Assembly: GCA_016721015.1 (NCBI GenBank)
Contig: JADKJL010000008.1
Coordinates: forward strand, 32,472 to 96,471
DNA: 64,000 bases
From: Lysobacterales bacterium
GTDB lineage: Bacteria; Pseudomonadota; Gammaproteobacteria; Xanthomonadales; Rhodanobacteraceae
Reading direction: 5' to 3'
Part shown: positions 8,598-17,498 of the stretch, piece after piece
Layout: each line of letters starts with the position of its first letter
How positions within the stretch are numbered: position 1 is the first letter of the stretch
Notes under the pieces: generated by a model
What the model saw: only the letters and a program-made list of their open reading frames with translations
What the model was told of the DNA's origin: nothing
Database searches by the model: none
Translations under genes and position numbers: made by a program

Positions 8598-8888
8598 ATG
8601 CACGGCGAATACAAGATTCCTGGTGGCAAGCTCGTGGTGGTCGATCTGAGCGAAGTGGACGGACGCCTCGCAGACGTGCGCGTCAGCGGCGATTTCTTCA
8701 TCGAGCCCGACGCGGCGCTCGATGCCATCGATGCGGCACTGGACGGGCTCACGATCGACACCCCGCAAGCGGAACTGACGCTTGCGATCGAGGTTGCGCT
8801 GGGCGACGCGGTCAGCCTTTACGGAATCACGGCGGAAGGCGTCGCGGTTGCGGTTCGGCGGGCGATCAATGCGGGGACGCAAGCATGA
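8598..8888 (+). CDS. Stand-alone lipoate-protein ligase C-terminal-domain protein (LplB-like accessory subunit)
   Basis: MHGEYKIPGGKLVVVDLSEVDGRLADVRVSGDFFIEPD resembles the LplA C-terminal domain. Its stop overlaps the start of the catalytic gene (ATGA at 8885-8888). The start could also be 8574. The upstream part of the track ORF runs through the microsatellite and is unlikely to be coding. Confidence 0.6.
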   Translation: MHGEYKIPGGKLVVVDLSEVDGRLADVRVSGDFFIEPDAALDAIDAALDGLTIDTPQAELTLAIEVALGDAVSLYGITAEGVAVAVRRAINAGTQA

Positions 8889-9661
8889 GCCGAACATCGT
8901 GGCACGAGCATGATTGGCAGCTGATCCATGTCGGCGCGCAGTCGCCAAGCATGCACATGGCGCTGGACGAGGTGCTGACCACCGAAGTCTCGTGTGGGCG
9001 ACGCAAGCCGACGCTGCGCGTCTGGGAGTGGGCGGATTCGGCGGTCGTGATCGGCCGCCACCAGTCGCTGCGCAATGAAGTCGACAGCGATGCGGCACGG
9101 CGCCATGGCATCGAGGTGGTTCGCCGGATCAGTGGTGGCGGGGCAATGTTCATCGAACCAGGCAATACGATCACGTATTCGATTTGCGCACCGCTGTCGC
9201 TGGTGGCCGGATTGTCATTCCAGGAGTCTTACCAGCTGATGGATAGTTGGGTGATCGACGCCCTGGCCGTGCTCGGCATCCATGCCAGCTACCAGCCGCT
9301 CAATGACATCACCTCGCCGGCCGGAAAGATCGCTGGCGCCGCGCAGACCCGTCGCGGCTCCGCCGTGCTGCATCACGTGACCATGGCCTACGACATCGAC
9401 AGCACGAAGATGCTCGAAGTGTTGCGCATCGGGCGTGAAAAGCTGTCCGACAAGGGCACAGTCAGTGCCGCGAAACGAGTCGACCCCTTGCGCAGCCAGA
9501 CCGGCTTGCCCAGGGAGACAATCATCAAGCGCATGATCGAGACGTTTCGCCTCAAATATGGCCTGAGCGATGATCGCTTGACTGAAAATGAATTGACGCT
9601 TGCCGAACAGCTGGTCCGCGAAAAATTCGCCCTGCCGGAGTGGACTGGGGCGGTGCCATAG
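8885..9661 (+). CDS. lplA: Lipoate-protein ligase, catalytic (BPL/LPL) domain only
   Basis: VVRRISGGGAMFIEPGNTITYS and PAGKIAGAAQTRR (catalytic Lys region) are LplA-family hallmarks. At 258 aa it lacks the C-terminal domain. Confidence 0.85.
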   Translation: MSRTSWHEHDWQLIHVGAQSPSMHMALDEVLTTEVSCGRRKPTLRVWEWADSAVVIGRHQSLRNEVDSDAARRHGIEVVRRISGGGAMFIEPGNTITYSICAPLSLVAGLSFQESYQLMDSWVIDALAVLGIHASYQPLNDITSPAGKIAGAAQTRRGSAVLHHVTMAYDIDSTKMLEVLRIGREKLSDKGTVSAAKRVDPLRSQTGLPRETIIKRMIETFRLKYGLSDDRLTENELTLAEQLVREKFALPEWTGAVP

Positions 9662-9769
9662 CGAAGCGCTATCCGTTCGGTGCGGACAATCGGTCAAAGC
9701 GGAAGCACCCGCACGGAGACTTCGCCGAGCACGCAAATCATCACAGCGCGGATTGGCCCCATCCAAGGG

Positions 9770-10096
9770 CTGTCTCTTGATCACAACTTTCGTCATCGGT
9801 TCAAGCTTTCGCAAAGCTTGGCAACCGAATCCCTGCCGCGGCAGAAAACAGCTTGTCGGTCCGACGCTTGGACAAGCTCATGTCAGACTTCAGGCGCGAT
9901 CTCAGTATTTCGTGGGAGCGACTTCAGTCGCGATGCCCTCACCTTTTGTGCTCCCTCGGCGCAGGGCAGAAGAGCGTAAAACCAAAGCATCGCGACTGAA
10001 GTCGCTCCCACAAAAAAGCCTCAGCGGGTGGTGACGAGCCTGCATGCATAGGTCGCTGAATGGTCACAGCGCCAAAAAGTTGTGATCAAGAGACAG
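9770..10096. mobile_element. 327-bp MITE with IS4/IS50-like ends
   Basis: Perfect 21-bp terminal inverted repeats: ctgtctcttgatcacaacttt (9770-9790) and aaagttgtgatcaagagacag (10076-10096). The flanking 9-mers atccaaggg (9761-9769) and atccaagag (10097-10105) match 8/9, consistent with a target-site duplication. There is no transposase ORF inside. The interior carries a 25-bp REP-type palindrome (9912-9936 / 9987-10011). Confidence 0.7.
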
Positions 10097-10163
10097 ATCC
10101 AAGAGGGGCGAGGCGTAGCTTGGCAGGCACGGCGGGTCGTGATCCGCCGTGCCGTTCAGCGCT

Positions 10164-11474
10164 TCAGTTGTCAAAGCCGTCGTCGAAAATGAAATCAAAA
10201 ACGAGCTTATTGACGACCCCGTTGGATTGGGCGATGTAGAGATTGCCATACTCATCCTCACCATAGCCGTAGGGCGCGCCAACCGTAAGTCCAGTGTTCT
10301 GGATTCCGGAGGGCGACCAGTTCGTCTGCGCGGTTCCGGCCGTCGCATACCAAAGCGCGCTCGCGCATGAGTCGCCGTAGAAGTACGTGCCCCGAAGACG
10401 CAATGACGGCCCGCGATAGACATACCCTCCCGAAACCGCGCATCCGAATGAATGACTATATTCGATGACCGGCGCGACGGTGCTCGTGGTGGCGGGGCAG
10501 GTGGTTCCCGAACCCGTGGCATCGAAGTAGTGACGGCCCTCGCAGCGACTCCAGCCATGATCGCTTCCGCCGGTGCCAGCCGCCTGAACCGTCACTTCTT
10601 CGTAGGTGTTCTGCCCGACGTCGCCGATGACCAGATCACCGGTCAGGCGATCGAAGCTGAATCGCCACGGATTGCGGAAGCCATGCAGGAAGATCTCGTC
10701 GCAGGTATTGCTCGTACCGACATGCGGATTGCTCGGCGGAATCGCGTACTGGGCCGGACTGATCCCTGACGAGCCGCACATATCGGCGGTGACCGCGCCA
10801 CCGCGCGTGTCGACATCAATGCGCAGGATCTTGCCGAGCATGTAGTACTGGGTACCCGATGTATCGCCGCAGGCACTTCCCGATGTGGCAGGCTTTTTCC
10901 ACAGGCATTCGGCGAAGTGGTAGGGATTGTTCTGCGCGCCGCTGTCGCCCATTGAGTAATACAGATAGCCATCGGGCCCGAAATGGATATCACCGCCATT
11001 GTGATTGCCCGCGAGATCCGGCACGCGCAGCACAATCGTGCCCGTGGTGTTGGCGACGTCGGAAACGAGCGTCGGGACCGTGTATCGCGCGATTACCTGA
11101 TCCGGTGTGCCTCCGAGACGTGGATCTGCGCCCGGTCGCGTATAGGCGACGTAGAACTCGTCGTTGTGCGGTAGCGAAGGCTTGCCGAAATTCGGATGGA
11201 AGGCCAGCCCGAGCAATCCGCTCTCGCTGTTGGTCGTGACCGCGACCGTGAGGAATGCCGGACCGAGGGCAACGCCATTCTTGACGATCTTGATCTGACC
11301 GCCCTTCTGCACGATGAAGATCCTTCCGCTGCCATCGTGTGGCGCACGAACCGCGACGGGTTCGGAATAGCTGCCAGCCACTGCAGATACCGAAAGCCCC
11401 GGAATGGTCTGTGCGAAGGCTGCTGAGCAGGCGAGCAGGAATGCAAGGGGAACAAGATGTCTGAGGAAACGCAT
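10164..11474 (-). CDS. PQQ-dependent sugar (aldose/sorbosone) dehydrogenase, exported; ends in the FIFDDGFDN tail
   Basis: GLLGLAFHPNF, HNGGDIHFGPDGYLYYSMGDSG, GFRNPWRFSFD, DVGQNTYEEV and GGYVYRG. Signal peptide MRFLRHLVPLAFLLACSAAFAQ, with start 11474 behind ggagg. Confidence 0.85.
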   Translation of the reverse strand: MRFLRHLVPLAFLLACSAAFAQTIPGLSVSAVAGSYSEPVAVRAPHDGSGRIFIVQKGGQIKIVKNGVALGPAFLTVAVTTNSESGLLGLAFHPNFGKPSLPHNDEFYVAYTRPGADPRLGGTPDQVIARYTVPTLVSDVANTTGTIVLRVPDLAGNHNGGDIHFGPDGYLYYSMGDSGAQNNPYHFAECLWKKPATSGSACGDTSGTQYYMLGKILRIDVDTRGGAVTADMCGSSGISPAQYAIPPSNPHVGTSNTCDEIFLHGFRNPWRFSFDRLTGDLVIGDVGQNTYEEVTVQAAGTGGSDHGWSRCEGRHYFDATGSGTTCPATTSTVAPVIEYSHSFGCAVSGGYVYRGPSLRLRGTYFYGDSCASALWYATAGTAQTNWSPSGIQNTGLTVGAPYGYGEDEYGNLYIAQSNGVVNKLVFDFIFDDGFDN

Positions 11475-11640
11475 GGACAGAACCTCCAGGAGGAATCGCG
11501 AGTGTCGCGTGGAGAACAGCCGCTTGCCACCACGCGTGCATTGCAATGTGATCGACTCGTCACATGCAAGTCACTCAGGCGGATCAGCGTTATGCCGCAA
11601 ACCGCCAAGTGAAATGTGAAACAAACATGAAGAATGAGGT

Positions 11641-12510
11641 TCAGGATGCCGAGCGCTTGAGCCGGATCAGCGCGGAGATGTCCTCGTCACCATGCCCCTG
11701 GGCCATCAGCACCGCGTAGTCGGCCAACGACTTCTCGATCACGCTGCGATCGGTGCCGGCATCGCGGGCGAGCTCGCGGACGATCTTCAGGTCCTTGTGC
11801 AGCAGGGCGAGCTTGAAGCCAACCTTGAATTCGTCGCGCAGCATCGTCGCACCGCGCTTGTCGAGAAACCAGTTGCCTGCTGCCCCCGTAAGCAGGGTCG
11901 AGATCAGGGTATCCGCTTCGAGGCCCAGTGCCTGACCGAGCGCGAGGCCCTCGCAAACGCCCTGGGCAATACCGGCGACCAGCACCTGGTTGACCGCCTT
12001 GGTATTCTGGCCGGCGCCGATGCCGCCCATATGGTTGATCCGCGCCGCGTAGCATTCGAGTACCGGCCGTACACGCTCGAGCACCGCGACTTCGCCGCCG
12101 ACCATCACCGACAACTTGCCGTTGCGCGCGCCTTCGACACCACCGGAGACAGGGGCGTCGATGAACTCGCCGCCGGCGCCGAGCATGCGTTCGCGTGCCT
12201 CGCGTGCGGTCACCGAGGAAACCGTCGAATGATCAATGACGATCGTGCCGGGTCGCGCGTTGGCCGCAATCAGCTCGACGTCGGCCAGCACATCGGCATC
12301 GGCCGGAACACACAGCGCGATCACGTTGCAGCGCGCCGCCAGTTCGGCGAGCGAGGCGGGTTCGGCAAGATTGAATTCCGCCGCGATCGCGCGGGTGTTG
12401 GCGGGTGTGCGCGTCCACACCGATGCCAGCAAACCGGCGCGCGACAGGTGTCCAGCCATCGGCTGGCCCATCGCACCGAGCCCGACAAATCCAGCCTTGA
12501 TGTCGCTCAT
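11641..12510 (-). CDS. NAD(P)-dependent beta-hydroxyacid dehydrogenase (3-hydroxyisobutyrate dehydrogenase family)
   Basis: N-terminal GFVGLGAMGQPMAGHL Rossmann motif. Family-typical length of 289 aa. Its ATG overlaps the speA stop (ATGA). Confidence 0.85.
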   Translation of the reverse strand: MSDIKAGFVGLGAMGQPMAGHLSRAGLLASVWTRTPANTRAIAAEFNLAEPASLAELAARCNVIALCVPADADVLADVELIAANARPGTIVIDHSTVSSVTAREARERMLGAGGEFIDAPVSGGVEGARNGKLSVMVGGEVAVLERVRPVLECYAARINHMGGIGAGQNTKAVNQVLVAGIAQGVCEGLALGQALGLEADTLISTLLTGAAGNWFLDKRGATMLRDEFKVGFKLALLHKDLKIVRELARDAGTDRSVIEKSLADYAVLMAQGHGDEDISALIRLKRSAS

Positions 12511-14396
12511 TGTGTTGTCTCTGCCAGGTAGGTGTAGGCGGTGAGGCCCGCTTCGAGGGTTGCTTCCAGCTGCTGCGCCTGGTCGCCGCTGATGCCGACG
12601 GCGGCGATCTTGTCGCGGTATTCGGCGCGCAGCGCGGCGAGATCGTAGCCAACGTAGTCGAGCATGACATCGGTGCTGTCGCCGCGACGCTGATCGGTGA
12701 TCTGGTAGCCATCAGGGGTCAGCTTTACGCTGATGCAATCGGTATCGCCGAACAGGTTGTGGATGTCGCCGAGGGTCTCCTGGTAGGCACCGACCATGAA
12801 CAGGCCGAGCCGATAGGATTCGCCGGGCGCGGGCGCGTGCAGCGGCAGGCTGACGTCGACCCCATCGGCATCGACGTAGTGATCGATGCGGCCATCCGAA
12901 TCACAGGTCAGGTCGGCGATCACGCCACGCCGATCGGGTTCGCGATCAAGCCCGGCAATCGGCACGATCGGAAACACCTGATCGATGGCCCAGATGTCGG
13001 GGGCCGATTCGAAAACCGAGAAGTTGACGAAGTACTTGTCGACCAGGGTTTCATTGAGTTCATCGAGTACCTGGCGATGTGAGCGCTCATCCGGCTTCAG
13101 GCGCGCATGCACGGCGTTGACGATGGCGTAGTAGAGATCATCAAGCTGGGCACGGTCGGCAAGCGAGAGCTGGCCGAGTGCATACAGCGACTGGCCTTCG
13201 GCAAGGTGGTATTGCGCCTCGTGATAGAGCTCGGTTGGCGGGCGCGTGCCGATTTCGCCATGCACCTCGCGCAGACGGCGCAGCACGGCCGGTTCGTCTT
13301 CGCGTACCGCGGCCACCGCGCCACGTGGCGATTCCTCGATCTCACTGACGTTGACCACCAGCACGGCGTGATGCGCGGTCAAGGCGCGTCCGGACTCGGT
13401 CAGCACATGCGGATGCGGCAAGTTGTTTTCGACGCAAGCCTCGGCGAGTGCGCCGACCACGCTCGATGCGTATTGATCGAGGCCGTAGTTGATCGAGCAC
13501 TCCGAGCGCGAACGCGTGCCCTCGTAGTCGACGCCAAGGCCACCGCCGACATCCATGTACTGGATCGGCAGGCCGAGTTGCGAAAGTTCGACGAAATAGC
13601 GCACGGCTTCGCGCATGCCGCGGGCGATGTCACGCACATTCGACATCTGCGAACCCATATGGAAATGCAGCAGCTTGAGCGTGTGCGAAAGTCCGGCCGC
13701 CTTGAGCTGCTCGATCAGGGTCAGCAACTGGCGCGGAGTCAAGCCGAACTTGGCCTTGTCGCCACCCGAGTTCTGCCACTTGCCGGCACCCAGACTTTTC
13801 AGACGCATGCGCACGCCGAGCAAGGGTTCGACGCCGAGCGACTTCGCCTCCTCGATGACGTAGCGCAATTCCGACGGCTTCTCGATGACGATGAAGATGT
13901 CCAGACCGAGCTTGCGACCGATCAGGGCGAGACGGATGTATTCGCGATCCTTGTAGCCATTGCAGATGACCACGCTGCCACGCTTCGCCAGGGCAAGCAC
14001 GGCCATCAACTCGGGCTTGGAACCGGCTTCGAGGCCAAACCCGGCGCCGCCGCCGGCAGCGAGTTCACCGGCGACACTCTTCTGCTGGTTGACCTTGATC
14101 GGATAGACCAGGGTATAGCCGCCTGCGTAATCCCAGGCGGTCATTGCCTTCGCAAATGCCGCCTGCAAGCGACTGCGGCGATCATCGAGAATGTCGGCAA
14201 ACCGAACCAGCAGGGGCAGTCGCGAACCGCCCTCGCGCGCGGCATCGACGATGGCCGGCAGGCTCAATGCCGGGCCGTCACCAGCCCGCGGCTTCACTTG
14301 CATGGCGCCGTCGGCGCCCACATCGAAATAACCCTCGCCCCAGTTCGCGATTGCGTAGGTATGACGGGCGTCGTCTGTCGTCCAGGTTGTGCTCAT
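12507..14396 (-). CDS. speA: Biosynthetic arginine decarboxylase
   Basis: MSTTWTTDDARHTYAIANWGEGYF start region. ~630 aa PLP-dependent group IV decarboxylase pattern (VYPIKVNQQ, HFHMGSQ, DVGGGLGVDY). Start 14396 sits behind aggagga. Confidence 0.9.
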   Translation of the reverse strand: MSTTWTTDDARHTYAIANWGEGYFDVGADGAMQVKPRAGDGPALSLPAIVDAAREGGSRLPLLVRFADILDDRRSRLQAAFAKAMTAWDYAGGYTLVYPIKVNQQKSVAGELAAGGGAGFGLEAGSKPELMAVLALAKRGSVVICNGYKDREYIRLALIGRKLGLDIFIVIEKPSELRYVIEEAKSLGVEPLLGVRMRLKSLGAGKWQNSGGDKAKFGLTPRQLLTLIEQLKAAGLSHTLKLLHFHMGSQMSNVRDIARGMREAVRYFVELSQLGLPIQYMDVGGGLGVDYEGTRSRSECSINYGLDQYASSVVGALAEACVENNLPHPHVLTESGRALTAHHAVLVVNVSEIEESPRGAVAAVREDEPAVLRRLREVHGEIGTRPPTELYHEAQYHLAEGQSLYALGQLSLADRAQLDDLYYAIVNAVHARLKPDERSHRQVLDELNETLVDKYFVNFSVFESAPDIWAIDQVFPIVPIAGLDREPDRRGVIADLTCDSDGRIDHYVDADGVDVSLPLHAPAPGESYRLGLFMVGAYQETLGDIHNLFGDTDCISVKLTPDGYQITDQRRGDSTDVMLDYVGYDLAALRAEYRDKIAAVGISGDQAQQLEATLEAGLTAYTYLAETTQ

Positions 14397-14555
14397 GGTG
14401 TCCTCCGGATGAGTTGGACGTCGCAGCGGCAGGCTTGGACGTATCAAATCCGTCGGTCGGGAGCCTCGATGCCGCGGGAACCTTCGGGGCGCGCATTGTA
14501 ACCGCGCCAACCTGATTCTGCGGACAACGCATGCGCAGCGTCACAAAGCGGCGAA

Positions 14556-16058
14556 CTATCGCGCCTCGTACAAGGCCTTCACATCCTTGAGCAATCGCGC
14601 CGAACTATCCGGACGCGAATAAAACATGTGGCCACCGGGATAGTTCTTGACCTCGACCCGGCTCGGGTCACCCATGGCCGGCATCTGGTCGACGGCCAAT
14701 ACCGAGACCATGAACGGGCAGGACAGATCATCCCAGCCGTGGGCGATCAGCACGCGCAAACGCGGATCGTTGGCGACCGCCTTGCGCAACTGGTTGACCG
14801 AACCTTCCTCGGCGTCGTCATCCTGATGCCAGAGGCGGCCGACCTCGTAACTCAGCGCGTTGTAGCGACCGTCGACTTTCCAGCCTACGGTCTGGGTGAC
14901 GAAATTGACCATGGCCGTGGTCGTCGGCGCGATGATGCCGTTGAGAATCGGATCACCGGCTTGCTGACGCGGTGCGTTCGGGAACGGATCCCAGGCGGTC
15001 ACGTTGGAATCGTAGCGGCTACCAAGCTTGCCCTCGGCACGGTAGATCTCGCGCAGGTAGGCCTGGGTTTCGATGCGTCCGCCGGAACGCTTGACGAACA
15101 ACGGGTCGAGTCCGGTCAGTTCGGTGACTTTCACGATCATCGCGGCGGTCGCGGCGGGATCGGAGCGCCCCTTCAACAGGGTGGTCGCGTATTCGCCGCG
15201 TGTGTAGGCGATCACCGGCGCCATTGTCTCGGCGCTGAGCTTGCCCTGCCGCTCGAGATGCGCAGCGGCGATCGAAGGCAAGGTGGTCATCCATGGCAGC
15301 GGCGAGACCGTGTCGTTGCTCCAGGCCGAAGGATCGAGGTAGGGAGAAACCAGGATCACGCCGCTCATCGCCACGCCAAGCCGGGTCTGCATGTACTCGG
15401 TGATGTGCGGGCCGCGGAAACCGCCGTAGCTTTCGCCGACGTAGTACTTGGCCGAATTCATGCGGCCGTTCTTGACCAGCCAGTCGACCATGATCCGTGA
15501 CAGGTACTCGATGTCGATGTCGGTACTGTAGAAATCCTTGGTCGCCTGCGCATCATCGACCAGCGCCCGGCTGTAGCCGGTGCCAATCGGATCGATGAAG
15601 ACCAGGTCGGTGAAGGCCAGCCAGGTGTCCGGATTGTCGTGCAGGGTCGGGTCCGCCGACGGTGAATCGCCTTCGACACCAAATTTGACTTTCTTCGGGC
15701 CGATGGCACCGAGGTTGAGGTAGACCGAGGAAGCACCCGGGCCACCATTGAGCGCAAAGGTGACCGGCCGATCTCCGCCATCCATGGTGTAGGCGGTGTA
15801 AGCCACTTCGCCGGTGGTCTTGCCCTTGGCGTCACGCACCGGCAATGCGCCGATGCGTACCGTGTACTTGAGTGTGCGGCCGTCGACCACTGTGGTCTGG
15901 GTGACTTTCGCCTCGGCGGGGAGCGGCGGAAGATTGAAGTCCTCCTTGGCTGGACTGTCGGTTTGCGTCTTGGGTGTATCTGCCGCGAACCCGTTCGTGG
16001 CCGGCAAGACGGTGGCGCCGAGTGCGACCAGCAATACAGTCTGCGTGAAAAATCGCAT
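14556..16058 (-). CDS. Secreted S10-family serine carboxypeptidase-like peptidase
   Basis: Signal peptide MRFFTQTVLLVALGATVLPATNGFA. LNGGPGASS and the GESYGG nucleophile motif. RBS gggag. Confidence 0.8.
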   Translation of the reverse strand: MRFFTQTVLLVALGATVLPATNGFAADTPKTQTDSPAKEDFNLPPLPAEAKVTQTTVVDGRTLKYTVRIGALPVRDAKGKTTGEVAYTAYTMDGGDRPVTFALNGGPGASSVYLNLGAIGPKKVKFGVEGDSPSADPTLHDNPDTWLAFTDLVFIDPIGTGYSRALVDDAQATKDFYSTDIDIEYLSRIMVDWLVKNGRMNSAKYYVGESYGGFRGPHITEYMQTRLGVAMSGVILVSPYLDPSAWSNDTVSPLPWMTTLPSIAAAHLERQGKLSAETMAPVIAYTRGEYATTLLKGRSDPAATAAMIVKVTELTGLDPLFVKRSGGRIETQAYLREIYRAEGKLGSRYDSNVTAWDPFPNAPRQQAGDPILNGIIAPTTTAMVNFVTQTVGWKVDGRYNALSYEVGRLWHQDDDAEEGSVNQLRKAVANDPRLRVLIAHGWDDLSCPFMVSVLAVDQMPAMGDPSRVEVKNYPGGHMFYSRPDSSARLLKDVKALYEAR

Positions 16059-16289
16059 GGCCGGCTCCCTGCAAAGTCAAACTGCAAGACTAGTCTTCGA
16101 GGGGCTTGCAAAAGCGTGCCAAAAGCCATGCGCGCATCAAGCGGCGCCGTTTGCCGGCATGAGAAGCCTTGCCGGAACCTGACCGACCACCCTTTCCATC
16201 TGCCGTGACGAGGCTTGAGCCGCTACAATCCGAGGTCTGCGCGCATAGAATCCGCGCCTGTTGAAATCAGTCGAATCAAGGAAGTCCGC

Positions 16290-17147
16290 ATGTCCACCCC
16301 CGAGCAAAGCTGGTTCACCGAAGCCCACGAATCCTCAGGCTCCTCGATCGGCTTTCGCACGCGCGCACGCCTGCACGTCGAGCAGACCCCGTTTCAGTCG
16401 ATCGAGATCCATGATTCGACCGATTGGGGCAAGTTGATGGTCATTGATGGCTGCATGATGCTGACCACGCGCGACAACTTCTTCTACCACGAGATGATGT
16501 CGCACCCGGCCCTGTTCACGCATGCGCGGGCCAAGCGCGTCGTCATCATCGGTGGCGGCGATTGCGGAACGCTGCGTGAGGTATTGCGTCACGAAGTGGT
16601 CGAATCGGCGGTGCAGGTCGAGATCGACGAGCGGGTGACCCGCCTTGCCGAGCAGTACTTCCCCGAACTCTGCGAATCCAACAGCGATCCGCGTGCGCAA
16701 TTGCTGTTCGACGACGGCATAAAGTACATGGCTGAATGCGAGGCCGAATCGGTTGACGTGGTGATTGTCGATTCGACCGATCCGGTCGGCCCGGCCGAAG
16801 GCCTGTTCAATGCCGCGTTCTACGCCAGTTGCTTCAAGGCCTTGCGCAGCGGCGGCATCTTCGTCCAGCAGAGTGAATCCCCGCTCGCCCATCTCGCACT
16901 GATCAAGTCAATGCGCTCGGCGATGCGCACCGCCGGCTTTCAGGCCGTGCGCACCCTGACCTTCCCGCAGCCGTGCTATCCGACCGGCTGGTGGAGCGCC
17001 ACGCTGGCGCGCAAGGGCGCCGATCTTTCCGATTTCCGCGAACGTGGTGCGCAGACCAAGCGCTTTCCGACGCGCTATTACAATGCCGAAATCCACAAGG
17101 CGGCGCTGTCGATGCCCGAGTTCATGCGCGAAGAATTGGGCGAGTAG
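16290..17147 (+). CDS. speE: Spermidine synthase (polyamine aminopropyltransferase)
   Basis: WFTE...LHVEQTPFQSIEIHDS..GKLMVIDG..MLTTRDNFFYHEMM.HP and VIIGGGDCGTLREV, DSTDPVGPAEGLF motifs. Confidence 0.9.
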   Translation: MSTPEQSWFTEAHESSGSSIGFRTRARLHVEQTPFQSIEIHDSTDWGKLMVIDGCMMLTTRDNFFYHEMMSHPALFTHARAKRVVIIGGGDCGTLREVLRHEVVESAVQVEIDERVTRLAEQYFPELCESNSDPRAQLLFDDGIKYMAECEAESVDVVIVDSTDPVGPAEGLFNAAFYASCFKALRSGGIFVQQSESPLAHLALIKSMRSAMRTAGFQAVRTLTFPQPCYPTGWWSATLARKGADLSDFRERGAQTKRFPTRYYNAEIHKAALSMPEFMREELGE

Positions 17148-17223
17148 CGGCATTGGTGTGAGAGGAGTCGATGCTGCTGCTGAGCATCCGGCGGCGCCAT
17201 GTTGGCCCAGCGCAAAGGAGATC

Positions 17224-17294
17224 GTGGGAGCGGCTTTAGCCGCGATGCTTCCTGACGAGACTTGGTCAAGCATCGCGGCTAAAGCCGCTCCCAC
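17224..17294. repeat. REP-type hairpin (GTGGGAGCGGCTTTAGCCGCGATGCTT ... inverse) between convergent speE and nupC
   Basis: 27-bp arms (17224-17250 / 17268-17294) read directly. It is the same family as the palindrome inside the 9770-10096 MITE. It probably also acts as a bidirectional terminator. Confidence 0.8.
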
Positions 17295-17338
17295 GAAATA
17301 GGCGCACGACTTGCGCTTGAACGATGAGCCGCTGCGGG

Positions 17339-17498
17339 ATGGGTGGAGCGCCCGGGCTAGATCAAACTCAGCACGCCGGCGATGGTGGCGGTCATGAAAG
17401 TCGCCAGTGAACCGCCGAATGGGTGGAGCGCCTGGGCTAGATCAAACTCAGAACGCCGGCGATGGTGGCGGTCATGAAGGTTGCCAGTGAACCGCCGA
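17339..17498. repeat. Tandem 80-bp duplication spanning the nupC 3' end
   Basis: 17339-17418 and 17419-17498 align base-for-base with about 5 mismatches. Each copy encodes ...GGSLATFMTATIAGVLSLI* on the minus strand. Confidence 0.9.
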
